In this document: positions 9,902-20,058 of the stretch, piece after piece
Layout: each line of letters begins with the position of its first letter
Numbering within the stretch: position 1 is the first letter of the stretch
Source of the DNA: Thermoproteota archaeon
GTDB taxonomy: Archaea > Korarchaeota > Korarchaeia > Korarchaeales > Korarchaeaceae
Direction: 5' to 3'
DNA length: 64,000 nt
Assembly (NCBI GenBank): GCA_027492205.1
Contig: JAOZFN010000011.1
Span: 129,123 to 193,122, forward strand
Program-made: the position numbers and the translations under genes
Notes under the pieces: generated by a model
What the model saw: only the letters and a program-made list of their open reading frames with translations
The model's database searches: none
What the model was told of the DNA's origin: nothing

Positions 9902-10951
9902 GTGCCTGAGACCTCAGCGATCCACCCGTCCGTCGCCAGGTTTGTCGAGGCCTCCAGACAGGGTTCCCGCTACCTGAGGGAGCTGGAGAGAAAACTATCC
10001 AAGCCGCACGTCGTCGCCAGGAGTGAGCGGGCCAGGGCCGTTCTGAGGGTCCAGGCGATCGCCCTGAGCGCCATCCGGGAGTTCCTCGACTCTCACGGAT
10101 TCATAGAACTCCTCCCACCCATATTGGGGCCCGTTACGGATCCGGGGATCAGGGGGGCCGGGCAGGTCGTGGTCGACTACTACGGCTGGCCCTACAGGGT
10201 GATGAGCAGCGCCATCCTGTACAAGCAGGCCGCCGCCTCGGCCCTCGGGAGGATCTACTTCGTGTCTCCGAACGTGAGGCTCGAGCCCCCGGAGGCGGCC
10301 CTCACCGGCCGGCACCTGGCGGAGTTCGTCCAGGTCGACGTAGAGGGCTCCGGGATGAGCTACGAGGAGGTCATGGATCTGGTAGAGGGACTGCTGAAGC
10401 ACGTCGTGGCCGTCGTGAAGGGGGAGGCGTACAGGGAGCTAGAGATCCTCGGGAGGGATCTGCCGGACTGCTCGGACCCCTTCCCAAGGCTCACCCACTC
10501 GAGGGCCGTGTCGATGCTCCGCTCCCTGGGCGTCGACGCTGACGAGGCGTCGGAGATCCCCTGGGATGGGGAGGTGATCCTCTCCGGGCTGTTCAGGTCA
10601 CCCTTCTTCATCACCGACTACCCGCTGGGATCCAGGGGGTTCTACGACCGGGAGGACCCCGAGCGGCCGGGGGTCCTGAGGGACTTCGACCTCATCTACC
10701 CGGAGGGGTTCGGGGAGGCGGCCAGCGGGGCGGAGAGGGAGTACGAGTATGAGAGAGTCCTCGCCAGGCTGAAGGCCTCGGGAGAGGACCCGGAGGAGTA
10801 CGGCTGGTACCTGGGCATGCTCGCGGACGGGATCAAGCCGACGGCCGGCTTCGGAATAGGCGTCGAGAGGCTGACGAGGTTCCTCTGCGGCCTCGGCTCG
10901 GTCTGGGAGGCCAGGCTCTGTCCTAAGGTTCCGGGGGTCTACTCGCCCTGA
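9902..10951 (+). CDS. asnA: Archaeal asparagine synthetase A (AsnRS catalytic-core paralog lacking the anticodon domain)
   Basis: Class II aaRS motifs SPNVRLE, RHLAEF.Q.DVE and GFGIGVERL, with no OB-fold. GTG start after GGAGG. Lies downstream of Lrp/AsnC. Confidence 0.85.
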   Translation: MPETSAIHPSVARFVEASRQGSRYLRELERKLSKPHVVARSERARAVLRVQAIALSAIREFLDSHGFIELLPPILGPVTDPGIRGAGQVVVDYYGWPYRVMSSAILYKQAAASALGRIYFVSPNVRLEPPEAALTGRHLAEFVQVDVEGSGMSYEEVMDLVEGLLKHVVAVVKGEAYRELEILGRDLPDCSDPFPRLTHSRAVSMLRSLGVDADEASEIPWDGEVILSGLFRSPFFITDYPLGSRGFYDREDPERPGVLRDFDLIYPEGFGEAASGAEREYEYERVLARLKASGEDPEEYGWYLGMLADGIKPTAGFGIGVERLTRFLCGLGSVWEARLCPKVPGVYSP

Positions 10952-11010
10952 GGGCCCCCGACCCCAGGCCCGTTTAAACGGTTTCCCTGCTGGGGGCAGC
11001 GGGTCGCAGG

Positions 11011-12813
11011 ATGCCAGCCGTCGGTAGGAGCAGGCTCGAGGATGTGACCAAGACACTGGTTGACGCGGCCATGGGCCGCGTCAAGGCAGACCTAGTCGTG
11101 AGGGGCGGTAACCTTGTCAACGTCTTCACGGGAGAGATCTTGGAGGGCGTGGACGTCGCGGTGAAGGGCGACAGGATAGCCCTGGTCGGGAGGGCCGACC
11201 ACACCATCGGCACGGACACGGAGGTGATCGACGCCTCCGGGAAGTACGTCGTCCCGGGGTTCATGGACGGGCACGTGCACATAGAGAGCTCGATGCTGAC
11301 GGTCACGGGGTTCGCCAGGGCCGTCCTGCCCCACGGCACCACGGCGGTGTTCGCCGACCCCCACGAGATCGCGAACGTCCTCGGCCTGGACGGCGTGAGG
11401 CTGATGCTGGAGGAGTCCAGGGGCGTACCCCTGAAGGTGTTCGTAACCCTCCCGTCCTGCGTGCCCGCCACGAGCCCGGAGTTCGAGACCGCAGGGGCCG
11501 AGATCACCCCAAGCGATGTGGAGGAGGCGATGAGGTGGGAGGGCGTCATCGCCCTTGGCGAGGTGATGAACTACCCCGGCGTTCTCGCCGGAGACGACAA
11601 GATGCACGGTGAGATAGCCGCGACGCTCGGGGCCGGAAAGGTGGTCGAGGGGCACTTCTACGGCAACCTGGAGGAGGAGCTCAGCGCCTACGCCGCGGCC
11701 GGGGTGTCGTCCTGCCACGAGTCCACCACCAAGGAGGCGGGGCTGGCGAAGGCCAGGGTCGGCATCTACACCATGATCAGGGAGGGCTCAGCCTGGAGGG
11801 ACCTTGCTGAGGTGATAAGGGCGGTAACCGAGACCAGGATCGACACCCGGAGGTTCTGCCTGGTCAGCGACGACCGGCACCCGGAGCACCTGATCTCCGA
11901 GGGGCACATGGATCACATAGTCAGGAGGGCCATTGAAGAGGGTCTCGACCCGATCACGGCCATCCAGATGGCCACACTAAACACGGCGGAGCACTTCCGC
12001 GTCGATCAGGATCTCGGGGCCGTCGCGCCCGGGAGGTACGCAGACATACTGCTCCTGAAGTCGCTCAGCAGGGTCGAGGTGGACACGGTCATAGCGGACG
12101 GGAGGGTCGTCGCCAGGGATGGCAGGCTCACGGTGGAGATCCCAACGCCAGGGTACCCAGAATTTGCCAGGAACACGGTCAGGATCCCCAGGCCGGTCGA
12201 GCCCGGGGACTTCGAGGTGTCGGCCCCGGTCCTCGAGGGGACCGCGAGGGCGAGGGTGATCCAGGTCCAAGAGGCCAGCGTCCTCACCAAGGAGGTCATC
12301 GTCGACGTTCCGGTGTCCGCCGGCAGGGCGCGGGCGGACCCGGAGATGGACCTCGCCAAGGTGGCCGTGATCGAGAGGCACAGGGGGACGGGCGGGAGGT
12401 CGGTGGGGTTCGTCACCGGGTTCGGGTTCCGGCGGGGCGCGGTCGCATCGACGGTGGCCCACGACAGCCACAACCTCCTGGTTGTGGGCGTCAGCGACGA
12501 GGACATGGCGAAGGCGGCCAACGTGCTCAGGGAGGTGGGCGGAGGGATGGTGGCCGTGGCCGACGGAGAGGTGCTCGGCCTCGTGGAGCTGCCCGTAGCC
12601 GGCCTGCTCTCGGACGAGCCCGTCGAGAGGGTCGTCGAGAAGGTCCGCGGGCTGGCCGAGGCCTGGAGGGCCCTGGGGTGCGAGATGGTCTACCCCTTCA
12701 TGACCATGGCTTTGCTCGCCCTGCCGGTTATTCCAGAGCTCAGGATAACCGACAAGGGTCTGATAGACGTCAGCCGCTTCGAGAAGGTGGACCTCTTCGT
12801 TAGCCCCCCCTAG
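11011..12813 (+). CDS. ade: Adenine deaminase
   Basis: PGFMDGHVHIESSM, DPHEIANV, REGSA, SDDRHP and STVAHDSHNL; 600 aa. Confidence 0.95.
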   Translation: MPAVGRSRLEDVTKTLVDAAMGRVKADLVVRGGNLVNVFTGEILEGVDVAVKGDRIALVGRADHTIGTDTEVIDASGKYVVPGFMDGHVHIESSMLTVTGFARAVLPHGTTAVFADPHEIANVLGLDGVRLMLEESRGVPLKVFVTLPSCVPATSPEFETAGAEITPSDVEEAMRWEGVIALGEVMNYPGVLAGDDKMHGEIAATLGAGKVVEGHFYGNLEEELSAYAAAGVSSCHESTTKEAGLAKARVGIYTMIREGSAWRDLAEVIRAVTETRIDTRRFCLVSDDRHPEHLISEGHMDHIVRRAIEEGLDPITAIQMATLNTAEHFRVDQDLGAVAPGRYADILLLKSLSRVEVDTVIADGRVVARDGRLTVEIPTPGYPEFARNTVRIPRPVEPGDFEVSAPVLEGTARARVIQVQEASVLTKEVIVDVPVSAGRARADPEMDLAKVAVIERHRGTGGRSVGFVTGFGFRRGAVASTVAHDSHNLLVVGVSDEDMAKAANVLREVGGGMVAVADGEVLGLVELPVAGLLSDEPVERVVEKVRGLAEAWRALGCEMVYPFMTMALLALPVIPELRITDKGLIDVSRFEKVDLFVSPP

Positions 12814-12871
12814 GCTGACCTTCTGCCTATCACTCACCTTTTTACGCGCGGCCGCTCTGACTGTCGAAGAG

Positions 12872-14014
12872 ATGGACACGAGGGTTATGAGGCTCGCGAT
12901 CACCATCGCCGCCAGGAGCCTCAAGAGGAGGAGGTTTCGCTCCGCGCTCACGCTCATAGGCGTCGCCGTCGGGATGAGCACGGTGGTCGCCCTCACGGCC
13001 GTCGCGCTGGGAGCCAGGGAGGCTGCCGTGGGCGTTCTTACCCAGACTACCGACTTCATGGTGATGCCGAGGGGAGGCTCTGAGTTTCAGGCGGAGCTCC
13101 CGGAGAGCCTTGTGAAGCACATAAGGCTGTATCCCGAGGTGGAGATGGCCGGACCCGTCCTCTCCCAGATGCTCTACCTGGAGAAGGAGCCCGCGTGGGC
13201 CATGGGGGTCACCGACGAGTCGGCCGACATAACACGCCTCTCCCTGGTGGAGGGGAGGAGGGTCGAGGAGAGGGGGGAGATAGTCGTCGGTTACACCCTA
13301 GCCCAGGACCTCGGCGTCAAGGTCGGAGACGTCCTGAGGCTAAGCGTCTCCCCGGACGAGCCGGGGACCCCAATGAAGGTCGTCGGAATACTGGAGCCCA
13401 CGGGCGGCGTCACGGACATGGCCGTCTACCTTAGCCTGAGCGAGCTCCAGGAGATGGTGGGAAAGAGGGGGAAGATCTCCATGATCATGATCAGGCTCAA
13501 GGATCCCAGGCTCGCCGACCAGTTCAAGGCGAGGGTCGAGGAGAGGTACCCCGACCTGGAGGTCTACGACACGAAGCAGATAGCGGAGAACGTCGGCAGG
13601 GTCCTGGACATGATGAACAGCCTCATACTGGCCATAGGCGGGATATCCCTCCTGGTGGGCGGCCTGGGAGTTATGAACACCACCATGGTGAGCGTGCTGG
13701 AGAGGACTAGGGAGATCGGGGTTATGAAGGCCATCGGCGCCAAGAGGTCCCACATCCTGACGATATTCCTCATGGAGTCCCTCATCCTTGGCGTGATGGG
13801 AGGGGTGATCGGCGTCCTGGGAGGGGCCGCGCTGGCGAAGCTCGCCAGCACCCTGATACCCAAGATGGTGGGCTTCCCCCTGCCGGCGAAGCTCACCTGG
13901 TGGCTGATCGTCAGCCCGATCCTCTTCGCCGGACTCCTCGGGGTAGTCGCGGGGTTCTACCCGTCGTGGAGGGGGGCCAGCGTTAGGCCCATGGAGGCGA
14001 TTAGGTATGAGTGA
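12872..14014 (+). CDS. MacB/FtsX-type ABC permease
   Basis: RSALTLIGVAVG, a periplasmic domain, and GVMNTTMVSVLERTREIGVMKAIGA. Confidence 0.93.
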   Translation: MDTRVMRLAITIAARSLKRRRFRSALTLIGVAVGMSTVVALTAVALGAREAAVGVLTQTTDFMVMPRGGSEFQAELPESLVKHIRLYPEVEMAGPVLSQMLYLEKEPAWAMGVTDESADITRLSLVEGRRVEERGEIVVGYTLAQDLGVKVGDVLRLSVSPDEPGTPMKVVGILEPTGGVTDMAVYLSLSELQEMVGKRGKISMIMIRLKDPRLADQFKARVEERYPDLEVYDTKQIAENVGRVLDMMNSLILAIGGISLLVGGLGVMNTTMVSVLERTREIGVMKAIGAKRSHILTIFLMESLILGVMGGVIGVLGGAALAKLASTLIPKMVGFPLPAKLTWWLIVSPILFAGLLGVVAGFYPSWRGASVRPMEAIRYE

Positions 14015-14894
14015 GCCTGCGGCCGTCGAGCTGAGGGACGTCAGCAAGGTCTACATGGTGGGGAGCCAGGAGGTCAGGGCCCTCGACCGCGTGAGCCTGA
14101 GGATCGAGAGGGGGGAGTTCATCTCGGTAATGGGGCCCTCGGGGTCGGGCAAGACGACGCTGCTCAGCGTCATGGGGTGCCTCATCAGGCCCTCCAGCGG
14201 CAGGATCTTGATAGGCGGGGAGGACGTCACCGACCTGGACGAGGACAGGCTGGCCGTCTTTAGGGCCAAGAAGATCGGCTTCGTCTTCCAGTTCTTCAAC
14301 CTGATATCCACCCTCACGGCCCTGGAGAACGTCATGCTCCCCATGACGTTTGCGGGAGACGTCCCCAGTTGGGAGATGAAGGCAAAGGCCATGGAACTCC
14401 TCGAGGCCGTCGGCTTGTCCGACAGGGCGGACCACAGGCCCATGGAGCTCTCGGGAGGTCAGCAGCAGAGGGTTGCCATAGCCAGGGCCCTCGCCAACGA
14501 CCCGGAGATAATACTGGCCGACGAGCCCACGGGCAACCTTGACAGCCACACGGGCTCCGAGATCATGGACCTTATGGAGCAGCTGAACAGGGAGCTGGGC
14601 AAGACTTTCGTCATAGTCACCCACGACCCGGCGGTGGCCAGGAGGACAAGGAGGATCCTCTACATGAAGGACGGGAGGGTCTACGGTCGCCCTCCTGAGG
14701 AAGCAGAGCGCAGGAGGGTCGTCGGCAGGGAGGAGAGGGTCAAGGTACTGCTCCGCCTGCTCGGTGAGGTCAGGAGGCTCAGATCAGAGGCTGAGGCAGC
14801 CTCCAAATCCATGAGTCTCAGGGAGCTGGAGGACCTGGCGGTGGGCCTGAGGATGGGGATCGCAAGGATCAGGAGGGAGTTGGGCAGGATATGA
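14007..14894 (+). CDS. LolD/FtsE-type ABC ATPase with about 65-aa C-terminal helical extension
   Basis: GPSGSGKTT, IGFVFQFFNL, LSGGQQQRV, ADEPTGNLD. Confidence 0.93.
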   Translation: MSEPAAVELRDVSKVYMVGSQEVRALDRVSLRIERGEFISVMGPSGSGKTTLLSVMGCLIRPSSGRILIGGEDVTDLDEDRLAVFRAKKIGFVFQFFNLISTLTALENVMLPMTFAGDVPSWEMKAKAMELLEAVGLSDRADHRPMELSGGQQQRVAIARALANDPEIILADEPTGNLDSHTGSEIMDLMEQLNRELGKTFVIVTHDPAVARRTRRILYMKDGRVYGRPPEEAERRRVVGREERVKVLLRLLGEVRRLRSEAEAASKSMSLRELEDLAVGLRMGIARIRRELGRI

Positions 14895-17140
14895 GGGGTG
14901 GAGCGGCGAGGTGCGGCGGCCTCCTCCTTGCCGCGCTGGCTCTGACCCTGCTCACCCGGCCTGCGCTCTCGGCGGCCGGCCCGGGCGAGGTTGAGGGGTC
15001 GAAGTCTCAGACCATCTACTACAAGCTCGACCCGCTCGGCAGGCTCTCGGAGGGGTCCGTGGAGGTCCTCATCAGGCTGAGCGCGCCTCTGGGATCCGAG
15101 AGGGGGGACCTGGTGGACAGGGTCCAGCTTGTGGACCCGGGCACCATCTCCCCGCTGCTGGGCACCCCCAGCCCGTCGTCGCTTAGGGACTTCTACGGGC
15201 ACCGGGTCCTGGTGTGGTCTGGCGTGGAGGTGGGGCCGGGCGACCTCGAGTTCAGGTACACCGCCCAGACCTCGGCCCCCCCGCCCCTCCGGGTCAACGT
15301 CACCCTGACCCTGGACGGGACGCCGGCCGCCCCTTCAGAGCTGGAGGGCGGCTGGTATCTCGAGGTGAGTCCTGGGGATCAGTTCAACCTGACGTTCGAT
15401 GTCGAGAACCTCAGGCCAACCGTCAGGACCGACCTAGGGTACGGAAGGCCGCCGCTCATGTACACCCTCCAGGTGAGCCTGCCGAAGTCCCACTTCACGG
15501 AGCCCTCCGGAGATCCCGCCCCCTCTATCGTCTTCCCCACGGCGGACGAGTGGATCCTCTCGTGGGTCGGCGTCGTGTGGGACGAGCCCGAGAGGGTGAC
15601 CGTCTCCACCAAGCTGAGGGTGTCGGCCCCGGAGGGGTTCCTCGACCTGCCAGCCGTCACGGTCCAGGCGAGCTACGACGCGACCCCGGTCGTTGAGCAG
15701 CTCAGCTCCGCCGAGGAGAGCCTGGACGATATCATAGAGTCGCTCGAGCAGATGAACGGGTCCATGACCCAGCTTGTCCGAGGAATGGAGGAGCTCTCCT
15801 ACTGGCTGGGAGAATCCAGGATGAGGCTGGCCGAGGCTCAGAAGGGGCTCTACCAGCTGGCGGACGCGCTCGAGCGGGCAAGTGAGCTCAGCGGGGAGGC
15901 CGCTCACCGGGCCACAGCCGCCGCCGATCAGGTAGACTCAGCCCTCCAGGACGCCAGGAAGGCGTTGGCCCTGGTGAGGGACCTGAGGGAGAGGGTGGAG
16001 CGGCTCAGGCAGTGCTACGAGAACCTCACCTCCACCCTGCGTGACCTTCTCGAGGAGCTCAACGTGACTCTCCCCACTCCGCCGCCTCAGGTGGGCATCG
16101 TTGGGGCCGTGGAGGCGGCTGAGTCCCAGATCGAGACAGTCCTCAGGAGGGGAGGCCAGATAACCAACTCCCTGCGGGCCCTCGCCCTGGCCATGAGAAA
16201 CGCCACCACCTCCTTTGCAGAGGCGGCCGAGGCGGCCAGGTCCTCCGCGAAGGACGTCGAGGCCCTCTCCCAGGCCCTGGGCTTCGCGCAGTCTACCGTG
16301 GACAGGGGGATGGAGTCGGCCGGGGAGGGGCTCGAGGACCTCGAGGACAGGTTGGAGGACGCCAGGAGTCAGAGGGACGAGATCAGGCTGAAGATTTCCC
16401 TGGCCGAGTCATCCTGGTCCAGCGGGGGGCTGGCCGAGTTCGCCGCCCACGCCTCCACGGTGGCGGCCGACGCGATCTCTGCAAGGGAGGGCGACAGGTG
16501 GATTACCTGGGCCGTCTCGGTACCCCAAGCGCCCGGCACCCTCGCTGGCCTGGCGATTCACTTCGGGTGCGGGGACCAGGTGGTTGTGACGATGCTCCTA
16601 CCTGACGGGTGGAGGGAGCAGGATTGGGGGAACCTCCTCTCCTACGGTGTGGTCTACGAGGAGGAAGACTGCGTTCTGTACATACCGGGACCGCTGAACC
16701 TCTCTGACTCCTCCCCAACCAACCTCTCGGTGCTGGGCGTCCCCATCAGGGTTATCTCAGCCAACCCCCCAACCTCGGCCGAGGCGGACCTCGCATCCGG
16801 CACTCCCATCGAGGCCGAGGAGAGGGTGGTCATGAAGATGAGCCTGCCGACTCTAGCCGTGGGCATACCCCTGACGGGACGCGAGGAGTACGCCCCGGAG
16901 ACCCAGCCGCCGCCCTCCCAGGAGAGATCCAGGGTGTCCATCTGGCCGTTCGCCCTCGCCGCGGCCGCGGTCGCGGCGGCCGCGACGGCCGTGAGGCTCG
17001 TCCACCAGAGGGCGGAGGAGCGCAGGGTCCTGCAGGCCAGGATCAGAGAGATGCTATCTCAGCTGGAGGAGCTCGAGGAGGACATCGTGGATCGACTGAG
17101 GGGACTTGAAGTCAACGAAGGAGAGTTGGGCGCGGCATAG
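14891..17140 (+). CDS. Large membrane-anchored surface protein with long central coiled coil
   Basis: Signal peptide, beta-rich N-domain, about 240 aa of heptad-rich helix, a second domain, and a C-terminal TM with a charged helical tail. ATGA overlap with the ATPase gene. Confidence 0.75.
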   Translation: MRGGAARCGGLLLAALALTLLTRPALSAAGPGEVEGSKSQTIYYKLDPLGRLSEGSVEVLIRLSAPLGSERGDLVDRVQLVDPGTISPLLGTPSPSSLRDFYGHRVLVWSGVEVGPGDLEFRYTAQTSAPPPLRVNVTLTLDGTPAAPSELEGGWYLEVSPGDQFNLTFDVENLRPTVRTDLGYGRPPLMYTLQVSLPKSHFTEPSGDPAPSIVFPTADEWILSWVGVVWDEPERVTVSTKLRVSAPEGFLDLPAVTVQASYDATPVVEQLSSAEESLDDIIESLEQMNGSMTQLVRGMEELSYWLGESRMRLAEAQKGLYQLADALERASELSGEAAHRATAAADQVDSALQDARKALALVRDLRERVERLRQCYENLTSTLRDLLEELNVTLPTPPPQVGIVGAVEAAESQIETVLRRGGQITNSLRALALAMRNATTSFAEAAEAARSSAKDVEALSQALGFAQSTVDRGMESAGEGLEDLEDRLEDARSQRDEIRLKISLAESSWSSGGLAEFAAHASTVAADAISAREGDRWITWAVSVPQAPGTLAGLAIHFGCGDQVVVTMLLPDGWREQDWGNLLSYGVVYEEEDCVLYIPGPLNLSDSSPTNLSVLGVPIRVISANPPTSAEADLASGTPIEAEERVVMKMSLPTLAVGIPLTGREEYAPETQPPPSQERSRVSIWPFALAAAAVAAAATAVRLVHQRAEERRVLQARIREMLSQLEELEEDIVDRLRGLEVNEGELGAA

Positions 17141-17196
17141 CCCGTTAATTCTTTTAGAGTGGCGGCCCCGCCGAGTGTCTGGGCCCTGGTGGGAGC

Positions 17197-17550
17197 TTGG
17201 AAGACGTCGAGGAAGCGAGGCGCAAGGCGGTGGAACGGCTCCTCGCCTTTGGCTTTGCAAGCAGCGGGTGGGCCACCTTTGAGATTCTCTCGAGCCTGAT
17301 GGCCAGGAAGCTGAAGGGGGACTGGAGGGAGCACTTCTACATGAACCCCAAGAAGTTCTTGAGAGCGCTGGTTGACTCTCTCGGGGGAGAGACCCTGGCC
17401 TACACGGTGCTGCGGGTTGCCACCAAGCGCCTGAGGGAGATCGGGGTGGAGGTGAGCGGGTCGGAGATATACGAGGCACTCAAGAGGGGGGATTCTGCGC
17501 GCCTCATCAAGCTGGTCGACCAGCTCGCCGCTGCCCTAGCCCTGGTCTGA
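17197..17550 (+). CDS. Small archaeal helical protein (DUF3227/output-domain-like)
   Basis: FYMNPKKFLRALVDSLGG resembles the PxxFxxALxxxxG pattern. Confidence 0.5.
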   Translation: MEDVEEARRKAVERLLAFGFASSGWATFEILSSLMARKLKGDWREHFYMNPKKFLRALVDSLGGETLAYTVLRVATKRLREIGVEVSGSEIYEALKRGDSARLIKLVDQLAAALALV

Positions 17551-17564
17551 GTGTGGCGGGGGCT

Positions 17565-18233
17565 TCACGCCACGACCATGTCTATCTTGACGAGCTCGAC
17601 CCCCTCCTCCGAGGGCTCGAGCGTCACGGTTATCTGCGGCTTGGCCCTCTTAAAGTACCTCCTCAGGAACCTCTCAAAGGCCGAGCCCAGCTCCGGATCG
17701 CTGGCCCTAACGGTCACGCTCACAACCTCGCTCTTGAGGATCTTCATCTGAGAGAAGAAGTCGTCCAGGGTGTTCTTCAGGTCGGTCAGCCTCTCCACTA
17801 TGGTGTTCCCGGCGGGCGTGAGGCCCTCCAGGACGAGGATCCCCCCCTCGGTCCTGACCTCCGCGCCCTTCTCCACCCTCAGCATCTCGAGGAACACCCT
17901 CTCCTGGATCAGCCTCCTCCTCCTCTCCTCGATCCTCTTCTCCATCTCCCTCTCCCCTATCATCCCCCCGATCTTGGACATGATCGGGTAGATGGCCACG
18001 GTGGCCACGCCCCAAACGGCGAAGCTCTTCCAGAGGAGACCCTTAACCTGTTCGAAGCTGGGGAGGGCCTCCGGCCGATTGAACCAGCTGAGCGTGACGT
18101 AGATGAGGTAAGCCAGCCATATGCTGGTGGTCAGCACCATTCCGGCCTCGACGAGGATCGCGCGGTACTTCTCCTTGGTCCTCTCCAGTAGCTCGACCCT
18201 GTCCAGCGCGCCCTCAAAGCTGTCGAACGACAT
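17565..18233 (-). CDS. Hypothetical 2-TM membrane protein with cytoplasmic domain
   Basis: 222-aa ORF with typical codon usage, two hydrophobic helices and a charged helix. Confidence 0.7.
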   Translation of the reverse strand: MSFDSFEGALDRVELLERTKEKYRAILVEAGMVLTTSIWLAYLIYVTLSWFNRPEALPSFEQVKGLLWKSFAVWGVATVAIYPIMSKIGGMIGEREMEKRIEERRRRLIQERVFLEMLRVEKGAEVRTEGGILVLEGLTPAGNTIVERLTDLKNTLDDFFSQMKILKSEVVSVTVRASDPELGSAFERFLRRYFKRAKPQITVTLEPSEEGVELVKIDMVVA

Positions 18234-18284
18234 ACCGGGGAGATAGTGGGACCGGCAGTTAAAACCTTCTTCGGGCCGCTCGGA

Positions 18285-19532
18285 ATGATGGCGGTCCTAA
18301 AGCTCCTCGCGGTCGCCTCTCCCCTCGACCCGGGATTTGCGGCATCCATCCGGGGGGCCACCTTCTCCCTAATCTCCTCAGCCGAATCCGCCGAAATCCC
18401 ACTCGACTTCTTGGGACTGGAAGGGGGCGTGGGCAGGGCGCCCACGGGTGGGCAGGGGGACCTGGCGGTGGCCGTCATGACGGGTGGGACGGAAGGGACT
18501 ATCCTCAGGGTGGCCCGCTCGTGGGAGGGGGGCATCGCGCTCCTTGCCACGCCCCACTCAAACTCCCTCGCCGCCTCGCTGGAGGCCGCCGCGGCGCTCA
18601 GGTCCGAGGGCCGATTCGCGAGGGTCGTGAGGGCCGATTCCTGGGCGAGCTTCAGGTGGGAAGACGTTCTCAAGGCAGTCAGGATGTCTAAGGCCGTTCA
18701 AATGCTCTCCAAGGCCAGGTTTGGCCTCCTCGGTCCACCATCCGACTGGCTGGTTGCGAGCCACCCGACGCTGGGCCCGCTCGAGCGGTTTGGGGCCAGC
18801 CTCGAGGAGGTCGACCTGGGAAGGCTTGTGGAAGCATACGAGAGGTGCGATTCAGACCCCAGGGATGTCGAGGCGGTGATATCGGGGGCCAAAGAGATCC
18901 TAGTCCCCGGGGATGAGGTGAGGAAGGCTCTCAGGATGAAGCGGGCCCTCGAGGAGGCGCTCAGATCCGGCGGCTATCTCGGCATCACGGTCAGGTGCTT
19001 CGACCTGATCGAGATGGGCGTCACCGCGTGCCTGGGGGCGGCGGCGCTCAACGACGCGGACGCGATCGTGGGGTGCGAAGGGGACGTCCCGTCCATGATA
19101 TCGATGGCGGTCCTGGCCGCGGTCTCCGGCAGGCCAGCGTGGATGGCGAACACGACCGACGTCGGTCGTGACTCGCTACTCCTATCCCACTGCACTTTTC
19201 CGCTGAAGCTGGCGGAGGCCTACTCCCTCAAGACCCACTTCGAGTCAGGCCTGAGCGTTGGCGTGGACGCAGAGCTGCCCCCAGGGGAGAGGGTCACCGT
19301 CGCCAGGGTGGACCCCCGGGGAGCGAGGGCGATCGTGGGGGTGGGGTCCGTGAGGGAGTCCTCCCTAGGCAGGGAGGCGATGTGCAGGACTCAAGTCCTC
19401 CTCTCGATGCCGGGGGCGGATCGGCTGATTAGGGCTCCGATTGGCAATCACCTGGCCATGACAAGAGGGGATTTCGGCGACGAGGTCCAGGAGGTGCTCG
19501 AGTTCCTGGGGTTCACCGTCTCACGCCTGTGA
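18285..19532 (+). CDS. L-fucose/L-arabinose isomerase-like protein
   Basis: TGGTE, NSLAASLE, ITVRCFDL, GCEGD, LSHCT and CRTQV..IGNH. Confidence 0.85.
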   Translation: MMAVLKLLAVASPLDPGFAASIRGATFSLISSAESAEIPLDFLGLEGGVGRAPTGGQGDLAVAVMTGGTEGTILRVARSWEGGIALLATPHSNSLAASLEAAAALRSEGRFARVVRADSWASFRWEDVLKAVRMSKAVQMLSKARFGLLGPPSDWLVASHPTLGPLERFGASLEEVDLGRLVEAYERCDSDPRDVEAVISGAKEILVPGDEVRKALRMKRALEEALRSGGYLGITVRCFDLIEMGVTACLGAAALNDADAIVGCEGDVPSMISMAVLAAVSGRPAWMANTTDVGRDSLLLSHCTFPLKLAEAYSLKTHFESGLSVGVDAELPPGERVTVARVDPRGARAIVGVGSVRESSLGREAMCRTQVLLSMPGADRLIRAPIGNHLAMTRGDFGDEVQEVLEFLGFTVSRL

Positions 19533-19977
19533 TTCGGACCCCCGCCCAGGGGGCCTTCTCTCGGTCGGGCCCCCGGCCTGGGGCCCACCCCCCCTCTCGC
19601 CCCGCAGCAGGCTCTGTACCTCCTCCTCCAGCCTCCTTGTGGCCCTGCTGAGGGCCAGGACCTCGACGGCGAGCCTCTCCTCCTCCTCTACAAGCGACTC
19701 CTCAGCGAGGTCGACCGTGAGTTTGACCAGGGCGCCCATCCCGCCGAGGAGCGCGAAGAGGGCCATGAAGGAGAACATGAGAATGGGTCTCAGGAGCCAC
19801 CTGGCCACCTCCTGAACTGACGGTGGACCCAGCAGGGGGAACGGGATGAACGGTTCGAGCAGATCGGCCAGCGGGTTTGCCAAGAGGAATCCCATGAGCA
19901 GTCCAAGGAGCGCCCAGCTGACTACCAGAAAGGCTATCCTGACGGCAGTCAGGTATGCCTTGTCCCACCCAACCATA
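19521..19977 (-). CDS. Hypothetical 2-TM protein with coiled-coil tail
   Basis: Two long hydrophobic segments, then EEEERLAVEVLALSRATRRLEEEV. Start is approximate. Confidence 0.6.
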
Positions 19978-20058
19978 TCAAATCTGAGATGTCTCCTCAC
20001 AAATTTAATAAAGAGATTCTACGGCGACTTCGCTCTAGAACCCACGTTCTCTCATCCC

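Noticed and set aside
9902-10951. Asparaginyl/aspartyl-tRNA synthetase
   Set aside because: It lacks the N-terminal anticodon-binding domain and fits the known archaeal asparagine synthetase.
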